Of a DNA stretch of 64,000 nucleotides, positions 1 to 7,719 are shown one piece after another; position 1 is the first letter of the stretch; each line of letters begins with the position of its first letter. The DNA lies in the NCBI GenBank assembly GCA_041937175.2, contig CP166615.1:2272001-2336000 (forward strand), given 5' to 3'. A program made the translations under genes and the position numbers. This stretch comes from Limnothrix sp. BL-A-16 (lineage in GTDB: Bacteria; Cyanobacteriota; Cyanobacteriia; CACIAM-69d). Under the pieces are notes generated by a model. That model did no database searches. It was not told where the DNA came from and saw nothing but the letters and a program-made list of their open reading frames with translations.

Positions 1-2
1 TT

Positions 3-65
3 TTGCGGCCCAAGAAAGGTCTGGATCAAGACTACGCCAAAGAACTCTGGCAAGTGGATGAGTAG
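3..65 (+). CDS. Probable 3' end of a gene truncated by the window start
   Basis: Frame 3 reads LRPKKGLDQDYAKELWQVDE then TAG at 63-65, converging on the hairpin at 134-169. Confidence 0.4.
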   Translation: MRPKKGLDQDYAKELWQVDE

Positions 66-129
66 TGGTTTTTAGCAACCACCCATTTCGTTCAGTTGCT
101 TCACAAAAACACATCATCAAAATTCATAC

Positions 130-169
130 AAAAAGTCCGTAGCCAGCCTCAACAGCCATGCTACGGACT
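130..169 (-). terminator. Rho-independent terminator
   Basis: Inverted repeat AGTCCGTAGC (134-143) / GCTACGGACT (160-169), followed by a T-run on the minus strand, downstream of the 281..1300 gene. Confidence 0.65.
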
Positions 170-280
170 CAGTTCGGTTGTAAGGAAGAAACGAAGGCGA
201 ATGCTAAGTGCAGCACTCCTGAGCACAGAACGCTGATATTCAGTGCATTATCAGTGCATTAACGGTCTTGCCGCGATCGC

Positions 281-1300
281 CTAGAGGCCAAAGACCCGAC
301 TACGGCCCATTTGGTTGCCGATCGTGCTGAAGGCGTTCCCCGTGGCGTTGTTCACCGCAAAGCGACCATTCCCCATAATGCGGTTGTTGCCCGGAGCAGT
401 GCTGGTTCCCAGATCGGGGCGAGCGCGCAAAATTGCCACAATGCCGTCCCGTCCATTGTTCTCGATCGAGTTATTGCGCAACACCGGCCGCGCTTGGTCA
501 GAAATCACCACGCCATCCTGGTTATTGACGATCGTGTTATTCACCACCAACGGATTGGCCGTGCCCCCGATCGCCAGGCCAAAGCCCGTGGCCTGGAACC
601 AGCTATCCCGAATTTCGCCACCGGCCGCCCGCGTCAGCGCAATGCCATTCCCCTTGTTTTCATGGAACAGGCAGTTTTGAATCATGGGCGCAGCATTCCC
701 GGTCACAAAAATGCCATCGCGGTGATTGCCCTTGAACACACTGCGGCGAATCACTGGGTTTGCAGACTCCACCCAAACGCCCGTACCACGCGTGTTGCCA
801 TTGGTGACGGTGATGCCACTCAGCACGGTGTTGCGTTGCACCCGCACCGCCGCATTCTGACGAGCAAAGCTGGGACTAATGAAGCTACCGCCCCCTTGAA
901 TGACCGTGTTTTTGCCCTCGGCGGCTTCGTCACCCCGCAGGGTCACCCCTTCCGGAACCATCAGCGGAAACGTTTCCCCCGTGGTGGCGCTATAGACTCC
1001 CGGGGCCAACTGCACCACATCACCCGGCTGAGCTTGGCTGAGGGCGTAGGCGATGGTGCGGAAGGGGGCCCGCTGGCTACCGCTGGGGGCCGTGTCCGCG
1101 CCCATGGCAGGGTTCACATGCAAAATGCGGGCATTGCTGGGCAGGGTGCTGGCGATCGGCTCGGGGCCGGCGGCTCGCACCGCTTCAGCGGCCATCAGCG
1201 GCGTTGCAACACCTTGCACCATCGGCAGAGCCAACAGCAGAGCCAGAAGGGTTTGAGCCGAACGGGATTGGTAGATACCTTGGGGGCGCAGCATAGCCAT
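281..1300 (-). CDS. DUF1565 / right-handed parallel beta-helix secreted protein
   Basis: Signal peptide; motifs PFRTIAYAL, LAPGVYSATTGETFPL, LRGDE; repeated N-x-x-x-G-I beta-helix units. Confidence 0.85.
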   Translation of the reverse strand: MAMLRPQGIYQSRSAQTLLALLLALPMVQGVATPLMAAEAVRAAGPEPIASTLPSNARILHVNPAMGADTAPSGSQRAPFRTIAYALSQAQPGDVVQLAPGVYSATTGETFPLMVPEGVTLRGDEAAEGKNTVIQGGGSFISPSFARQNAAVRVQRNTVLSGITVTNGNTRGTGVWVESANPVIRRSVFKGNHRDGIFVTGNAAPMIQNCLFHENKGNGIALTRAAGGEIRDSWFQATGFGLAIGGTANPLVVNNTIVNNQDGVVISDQARPVLRNNSIENNGRDGIVAILRARPDLGTSTAPGNNRIMGNGRFAVNNATGNAFSTIGNQMGRSRVFGL

Positions 1301-1662
1301 AGGTCGTCTCTGATGGGGGTGTGAAAGGAGCGATTGGATTTGAATCTCGTCTCTTGGGTTCAGATTCCCTGAGCAATTGCCAAATTCCGGAAGCCCTTGG
1401 CCAGTGGTGCGATCGCCACAGTTCCCCTATTCCACTCACCCAATTGGCGCGGCGATCGATCCCCGTAGCAGCGTGGTTGGGCAATCCCGTCCCCGCCCGA
1501 TCGCCCGGCCCCTTCAAAAAATGCCCCAAGCGGTTCCGGATTTCCCCTGGCAATCCAGAAGGATGAGGGTTAATCAACAGATCGCCAAATCCAGAGCGCC
1601 AGAGAGATTGATTGATTGATCAATGACCAAGGGGCAACAGCCTTGGATCGTTCTTGGATTCC

Positions 1663-2865
1663 TCAGGCGATGCTGTTGCGTTTGCGGGCTTCCTTGTAGG
1701 AAGTGCCAATGTTGCTAAGGCCAGCCTTCACCATTTCCCGCTCCAGCAAGGAGAAAAACCGGCTGCGATCGCTCCCACGCACCACCGCTTGATTGTGGGC
1801 CTCGGCCAGGGCGATCGGGTAACCATAGCCCTTTTGCACCTGACTGAGAATCAAACTCAAGGCCTGGTTCAACAAGGCCCGATCGGTCGCCACCCACTCC
1901 GGCATTTCGACCCGCGCCACCTCGGTTCCCACATGCAGGTAACAGAAATAGATGCGGTGGCGGCCATAGTCCTCCAGGACACGAGCGTTCGATCGCCACA
2001 GGGGCCCCCGCTCGCCCGACTCCAGCAACACCGACCAAAGGGCCGCATCCCGCAGCGGTTTCAGCCGGTTACAAGGGGCCTCATCAGCCCGCCCAGGACA
2101 GTGGGTTTTGCAATCGGGCGTGATTTGATTGCAAGTTTTGAGCCGGAAAAAGTTAGCCGCCTCGCCGCTGCGGGGAGCGCTTAGGTAGCTGACGAGGGGA
2201 ATGCCCGCCAATCGCAACCGTTCCCAGGCGGCCAGGATCGGCGGCAAAATTCGATCGACCGCTGTGCTCGGCATTCGATCGAGAAACCAATAGATCAGTG
2301 AGCCATCCACCATGGCCAGCGTGGGCGGTGCGTCTTTGCTGTTGCCAGTGGTGATGCTGTGGGCTAAATCCGTGCCCAAATCCGCCAGGGCTTCCGCCTC
2401 GGCCACGGTGCGCCGATGGCCCATCCAATCTTCGGTGCTGATTCCCCACTGGCGGGAAATGTAGAGGTCTTCGGGTTTGTAAAAAATTTCCGGCAAACTA
2501 TCTAGCATGGGATAGCGCTTTTGGCCGTAGTGCAGGGCCACGCGCCCGGTGTTGATCAAATAGCAATAGGCGATTTCGTGGTGACTGGGGGCAATTTGGG
2601 AACCATCGGTGGCGATCAAGCTGTGGGCGATCGGGGCGGGGCCGATGGATTCACGCCTGTCCAAGGGTTCGATCGGCTCGGCCGCCACAAATTCCAGGCG
2701 ATCGCGCCATTGGTGAAGCTGCCCCACCCAATAGTCCTGTTCCGGCTGCACCTGGGCTAGCAACTCTTGGGCGATCGTCAGCCGTTGGCGTGCCGCTCGT
2801 GACTCCTGGGTGAGCTGTTGCCCCATGCCCTGCATTTGTTTGGAAAGCTTTACCAGATCCAGCAC
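1663..2865 (-). CDS. nurA: NurA-family DNA double-strand break repair nuclease
   Basis: ATDGSQ and MVDGSL acidic motifs; C-terminal GYGYPIALAEAHNQAVV. Confidence 0.85.
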   Translation of the reverse strand: MLDLVKLSKQMQGMGQQLTQESRAARQRLTIAQELLAQVQPEQDYWVGQLHQWRDRLEFVAAEPIEPLDRRESIGPAPIAHSLIATDGSQIAPSHHEIAYCYLINTGRVALHYGQKRYPMLDSLPEIFYKPEDLYISRQWGISTEDWMGHRRTVAEAEALADLGTDLAHSITTGNSKDAPPTLAMVDGSLIYWFLDRMPSTAVDRILPPILAAWERLRLAGIPLVSYLSAPRSGEAANFFRLKTCNQITPDCKTHCPGRADEAPCNRLKPLRDAALWSVLLESGERGPLWRSNARVLEDYGRHRIYFCYLHVGTEVARVEMPEWVATDRALLNQALSLILSQVQKGYGYPIALAEAHNQAVVRGSDRSRFFSLLEREMVKAGLSNIGTSYKEARKRNSIA

Positions 2866-2998
2866 AGCCCGCTCTCAATTCCGTTTGAATGCTATTGATT
2901 TGAATGCTATTTAAACAATGGTTGAATCCCGCAAGAATTGCAAATTACAAATCAAGCGACGCACTACAAATTAAGTCATTAGCTTAAGTCATTAAATT

Positions 2999-3127
2999 AG
3001 AGGATGTCTGAGAAGTATCTTTCAGTACGGGCTAAAGATTAATTGTCGTAGAAGGGGCTTGAGCATCTTGTCTACATCGATCTCTGGGGCGTACAGAGTA
3101 GCAATTTTGGCTTTTCAGACATCCTCT
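2999..3127. mobile_element. MITE copy 1 (~129 bp, 17-bp terminal inverted repeats)
   Basis: AGAGGATGTCTGAGAAG (2999-3015) / CTTTTCAGACATCCTCT (3111-3127), 1 mismatch; interior homologous to 15053..15185; no ORF. Confidence 0.8.
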
Positions 3128-3136
3128 TAGGTCATT

Positions 3137-4048
3137 GTGATGGAAAACCTGTCAGCACTATGGTCAACGATCGCCCGAGCCATTCGAGAACAGGGCGGCG
3201 GTTCAGCGGAGTCGCCCGCAGCCCGATCGGTCGGTGGCGGTTGCATTAACCAAACCTATCGCCTGAGTTTTGGCGATGCTGCCAACGCTCCCGTTTACTT
3301 TGTCAAGCTGAATCAGGCCAGCGGTCTGGAAATGTTCGCCGCCGAAGCCGCAGCCCTCCGAGACCTAGCTGCCGCCCAAGCCATTAAAGTGCCCCAGCCC
3401 CTCTGCTATGGCCAAGCGGGCGATCGCGCCTATTTGGTTTTGGAGTGGCTGGAGCTGGGCCGTGGCAACCACGAAGCTTGGGCCCAATTGGGGCGAAATT
3501 TAGCTCAGTTGCACCGTTGGCAGCCGGTCTCCGGTCAACGGGCCTTCGGGTGGTGGCGAGGCAACACGATCGGCTCCACCCCCCAACCGAACGATTGGGC
3601 CGATGATTGGGTCACCTTTTGGACAGAACGGCGCATTGGGTTTCAGTTGCAGTTGGCCCAACGGCGTGGCGGTCATTTCCCCGAGGCCGATCGCCTGTTG
3701 GCCGCCATTCCCCGCTTGCTGAAGGGACATCGGCCCCAACCTGCCTTGCTCCATGGGGATTTGTGGTCGGGTAATGCGGCGGTGATGGTGGATGGCACAC
3801 CCGTGATCTTTGACCCGGCAACCTATTGGGGCGATCGGGAGGCCGATTTGGCCATGACTGAATTATTTGGCGGCTTTCCCAACAGCTTCTATCAAGGTTA
3901 TGGTGAAGTGAATCCCCTGGAATCAGGTTATGAAATCCGCAAAGATCTTTACAATCTTTACCATATCTTGAATCACTTTAATCTATTTGGCGGTGGCTAT
4001 GGTAGCCAAGCCAATGGCATGATTCATCGGCTTTTAAAAGATTGTTAA
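3137..4048 (+). CDS. Fructosamine/ketosamine-3-kinase family protein (start GTG 3137 or ATG 3140)
   Basis: GGGCIN, YFVKLN, LLHGDLWSGN, FDPATYWGDREADLAMTELFGGF. Confidence 0.92.
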   Translation: MMENLSALWSTIARAIREQGGGSAESPAARSVGGGCINQTYRLSFGDAANAPVYFVKLNQASGLEMFAAEAAALRDLAAAQAIKVPQPLCYGQAGDRAYLVLEWLELGRGNHEAWAQLGRNLAQLHRWQPVSGQRAFGWWRGNTIGSTPQPNDWADDWVTFWTERRIGFQLQLAQRRGGHFPEADRLLAAIPRLLKGHRPQPALLHGDLWSGNAAVMVDGTPVIFDPATYWGDREADLAMTELFGGFPNSFYQGYGEVNPLESGYEIRKDLYNLYHILNHFNLFGGGYGSQANGMIHRLLKDC

Positions 4049-4494
4049 TTCCTGAGGGGTTTGAAAAATCTGGGCCATGATAGGGATGCGATCCATGATT
4101 CTGGATCAGTAGCAGTCCTGAAGCAGGATTTTGAAAGATCCAAACCCAAATCACTTCACGCCAGGCAACCTCAATCAAGACTCGATAAAATTCACTGACC
4201 ATCTTCCAATCATTTCATTCTCTTGGCAGAGGAGCAACTTTGCTCGGAAATCAATAGCGAAAATGAATAAATTTGGCTAGGAAAGACTGAATTTGAAAAT
4301 GGCTTATGGATGATTTTCGCATCGCTTTGGCAAGCTAATTGGGCGAACTTAGGAGATGGATATTTCAGGACTCCAAAGTTAGCGCTTAATGACTCCATGG
4401 AGGATTCATATCCCCTCGGTAGGGATTGTTTTCTGGGGCTGACCTTGTTTTTTTGGAATGGCAATCTGTTGTGTGATTAACGCTGGCTGGTTTC

Positions 4495-5427
4495 ATGCAT
4501 ATTCCTGACGGTTTTGTTTCAGTGCCCGTGGCAACGGTCACATCGGCGGCCGCGATCGGGGCGATCGCCCTGTCCTTGGTGCGAACCCGATCGACCTACG
4601 GCCTCAAGCAGGGGCCAATTTTGGGGCTAACCACGGCTTTCGTCTTTGCAGCTCAGATGGTGAACTTCCCTGTCACTGGCGGCACAAGCGGCCACCTGCT
4701 GGGGGGAACGCTGGCGGCCGTGTTGATGGGTAACCCCTGGGCGGGAACCCTCTCAATCACCACAGTCCTGCTGATTCAGGCGGTGTTGTTTGCCGATGGC
4801 GGCATCACAGCCCTGGGAGCCAACATTCTGAATATGGCCGTCTTGGGGGTCTGGACGGGCTGGATTTTGACCCAGGTGATTCAGCGCCTGCTCGGGGGAT
4901 CCCAGCGACGGTTACCGCTCGCGGCCGGCATTGCAGCGGGGCTGAGTGTGGTGGTGGCGGCGATCGCCTGTGCGATCGAGCTGGTGCTATCCGGGACGGC
5001 GGCCTTTCAGCTCGCCGTGCCCGCCATGGCCGGAGTGCATATCCTGATTGGCTTGGGCGAAGGGATCATCACTGCTGGTGTCATTGGCTATTTGACCAAG
5101 GCCCGCCCCGATCTGCTGCCGGGAGCCAAGCCGCGTTTGGAACAGTGGCAAGGGCCGGTGATCGGCGTGCTGCTGGTGGCGGGGGTGCTGTCTTTGTTGG
5201 CATCTTCCTGGCCCGACGGCTTGGAAAAGGTGGCGGAAGATTTGGGCTTTATTCGGCTCGCGGAAGAGGTGCGAATTACCGTGCCTACGCCCTTTGCGGA
5301 CTATGGCATTGAAGGATTGGGGCCCTTGGGCACAACCATTACGGGGTTGTTGGGCAGTGTGGTTTCCTTTGGTGCAGCCTTCGGGATCGCTAAGTTGGTG
5401 CAACCCAAACGAGCTGAAGAGTCGTGA
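4495..5427 (+). CDS. cbiM: ECF-type Ni/Co transporter substrate component (CbiM/NikMN) with fused PDGLE domain
   Basis: N-terminal MHIPDGF metal-binding motif, GGTSGHLLGG, ADGGITALGAN, C-terminal PDGLEKVA. Confidence 0.9.
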   Translation: MHIPDGFVSVPVATVTSAAAIGAIALSLVRTRSTYGLKQGPILGLTTAFVFAAQMVNFPVTGGTSGHLLGGTLAAVLMGNPWAGTLSITTVLLIQAVLFADGGITALGANILNMAVLGVWTGWILTQVIQRLLGGSQRRLPLAAGIAAGLSVVVAAIACAIELVLSGTAAFQLAVPAMAGVHILIGLGEGIITAGVIGYLTKARPDLLPGAKPRLEQWQGPVIGVLLVAGVLSLLASSWPDGLEKVAEDLGFIRLAEEVRITVPTPFADYGIEGLGPLGTTITGLLGSVVSFGAAFGIAKLVQPKRAEES

Positions 5428-6134
5428 TTGAAATCAGCCTGAATGCCAATCGCCAATCAACATGGGGTTCGGAGCGATCGACTCCGGGCCCGGCCCTGGT
5501 GGTGTTGCGGTTGCGGTTGGCTCTGATTTGGGTGTTGGGGGCTGCTTGCTTGCGGGTGGGAGCTTGGGCCCCGTTGGCGGTCTATGGCGGCTTGGCGATC
5601 GCCTGGGTCTGCTGGTTGCGGGTTCCGGCGCGATCGCTCCTGGGTTTGTTGGGGGCAGAACTGTTGTTTCTGAGCCTGGCGGCCTTGCCCCACGGTTGGG
5701 AACGGGCCAGCTTTCTGATGGTGCGATCGCTGGTTTGCCTGCTGTTGATGAATGGGGTGTTGTTGACCCTGCCGCCCCATAGTTTGGCGATCGCCTTGAA
5801 AAGTTTGCCGCTGCCGGCTGCGTTGCGAGAAACGGCTCTGTTGGCGGGGCAATACCTGGAAATTGTGATCGACGAGGTGCAACGGATGCAGCGGGCGGCA
5901 GCCTGTCGGGGGCTGTCGGGGCCGGGCGGCTGGTTGCGCTATGTCAGCGCCGCTACCATCGGCTCTCTGTATTTGCGTAGTCTCGATCGGGCTGAGCGGG
6001 TCTATGCGGCCATGGTGGTTCGGGGCTATGGGGGAACCTTGCCCCTGTTGCACCCCAGCCCGCCACACCATCGCTGGTGGCTGTGGGGCGCGGCGGTGGG
6101 GGCCGCTGGTCTGGCGATCGGCTCCTACGGTTGA
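5424..6134 (+). CDS. cbiQ: ECF transporter transmembrane T component (CbiQ/NikQ)
   Basis: 4-bp overlap with cbiM; RMQRAAACRG and RAERVYAAMVVRGY motifs. Confidence 0.88.
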   Translation: MIEISLNANRQSTWGSERSTPGPALVVLRLRLALIWVLGAACLRVGAWAPLAVYGGLAIAWVCWLRVPARSLLGLLGAELLFLSLAALPHGWERASFLMVRSLVCLLLMNGVLLTLPPHSLAIALKSLPLPAALRETALLAGQYLEIVIDEVQRMQRAAACRGLSGPGGWLRYVSAATIGSLYLRSLDRAERVYAAMVVRGYGGTLPLLHPSPPHHRWWLWGAAVGAAGLAIGSYG

Positions 6135-6257
6135 GTAAGGTTTTGGCGCAAGGTTGGGGCGACTCCAGCGGGTGCTGGTTTGGCGCTTCTGCTCCCATCC
6201 CCTTAAGGTTGAGCAAGCAGGAATCAAGTTCGATCGCATGGCCGCCGCAACAGTTTC

Positions 6258-7016
6258 ATGACCCTTTTTTCTGAATGCGAGCTTGATCGCGCTGAATTGT
6301 CGGCCGCCGTTTTGGTGCAAGATTTGCAATTTGCCTATCCCCAACAGCCGCCGGTTTTGCAGGGGATTTCCTTTGCGTTGGAGCCGGGCGATCGGGTGGC
6401 TCTGTTGGGGCCCACCGGTTGCGGCAAAAGCACCCTCTTGGAGCAACTGATTGGCCTGAAGCAACCGAGCCGGGGCGCTGTGTGGATTGGGGGAACTCGG
6501 GTGGAACCGCGCACCCTGCCCACCATTCGCCGCCGATTGGGCTTTTGTTTCCAGGATGCCAACGACCAATTGTTTATGCCGACCATCTTGGAAGATGTGA
6601 TGTTTGGGCCGCTGAATTATGGCATCCCGATCGCCCAGGCCAAGAACCAAGCCAGGGAACTCCTAGCCCGTTTTGATCTGTTGGCTTTTGAGGGGCGATC
6701 GGCCCATGAACTTTCGGGGGGGCAGCGGCGGTTGGCGGCCTTGGCGGCTGTGCTGGCCCTGGAGCCGGCCATTTTGGTGTTGGATGAGCCAACCACGGGC
6801 CTCGATCCCCGGTGGCGACGATCGCTCGCTCAGGTTTTGGAAACCTTGCCCATTCAATCGCTGATTGTGGCTTCCCATGACTTGCAATGGATTGGCAAAA
6901 CCACCCATCGAGCCTTGATTTTGTCCCATGGCCGAATCCGAGAAGATCGACCCACGGCGGAATTATTGGGCGATCGGGCGCTGTTGGAATCCTACGATTT
7001 GCCGCTGGATTATTAG
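6258..7016 (+). CDS. cbiO: ECF transporter ATP-binding component (CbiO/NikO)
   Basis: Walker A GPTGCGKST, FQDANDQLF, LSGGQ, LDEPT. Confidence 0.9.
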   Translation: MTLFSECELDRAELSAAVLVQDLQFAYPQQPPVLQGISFALEPGDRVALLGPTGCGKSTLLEQLIGLKQPSRGAVWIGGTRVEPRTLPTIRRRLGFCFQDANDQLFMPTILEDVMFGPLNYGIPIAQAKNQARELLARFDLLAFEGRSAHELSGGQRRLAALAAVLALEPAILVLDEPTTGLDPRWRRSLAQVLETLPIQSLIVASHDLQWIGKTTHRALILSHGRIREDRPTAELLGDRALLESYDLPLDY

Positions 7017-7056
7017 CAAAATCATGGGCGAAATTGCGAACAACCAATATCTCGAA

Positions 7057-7719
7057 TTATTCGGATGACTCTGCTGGATTTCCAAAAAGGTCTGACAGGG
7101 CGATCGATTCGTCGGGAAAGGCCAAGCAAGCGGCTCGATCGGCAGCGGTGAGAGTGAATTTGGTTTGATAGCCCTCAGGACTCGGATCGCGATAAACCTC
7201 GAGTTTTTTGTGCTCTAAATCCACTAGCCAAAACTCGCCAATCCCCGATCGCGCGTAGAGCGGCCCTTTGACCGCGCGATCATATTTGGCGGTGAAATCT
7301 GCCACCTCAATCAGCAACAGCACATTGCTGGGTTTAGGGCCATAGCTGGCATAAAAATCATCTGCCCGTTCCAACAGCACCAAGTCTGGCTGAGGCTGCG
7401 AATCTTCACCCAAATTGAGCGGATTTTTAACACTCACGATCGCTCTTTTTTGGAGCGACAATACCCAATCCCGGGCCAATCGATTGATACAAGCAGCATG
7501 TTGTGGGCTAGTTGAAATCAGATTCAGAACAATGCCGTGAATGAGTTCGGTATAGACTTCGGGCCCAAGAATGCCTGTTTCGTAAAGACGCTCGTACTCT
7601 GCGATCGTGAATCTATAGATTTGCTCGGGTGCGATGGATTGCAGCGACAAGCGGTTAATCGATTCGGTTGTTGATTGGCTAGGCGGGCAAATTTGGCTCG
7701 TAAAATTATTTTTTGCCAC
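7057..7719 (-). CDS. Uma2 family (DUF820) endonuclease
   Basis: TELIHG, PQPDLVLL, LLIEVA, KGPLYARSGIGEFWLVDL. Confidence 0.88.
   Translation of the reverse strand: MAKNNFTSQICPPSQSTTESINRLSLQSIAPEQIYRFTIAEYERLYETGILGPEVYTELIHGIVLNLISTSPQHAACINRLARDWVLSLQKRAIVSVKNPLNLGEDSQPQPDLVLLERADDFYASYGPKPSNVLLLIEVADFTAKYDRAVKGPLYARSGIGEFWLVDLEHKKLEVYRDPSPEGYQTKFTLTAADRAACLAFPDESIALSDLFGNPAESSE

Noticed and set aside
311..1324. Long antisense ORFs (also 5457..6650, 18014..19078, 57450..58718 and others)
   Set aside because: Shadows of well-supported GC-rich genes on the opposite strand, with no domain motifs
1663..2865. NurA as part of a HerA-NurA defence operon
   Set aside because: No herA or other partner adjacent; composition is host-like, consistent with the housekeeping cyanobacterial gene
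4049..4494. Cobalamin riboswitch upstream of cbiM
   Set aside because: No recognisable B12-box or conserved GGGAA..GGTG..AATCC core by eye; cmscan would settle it
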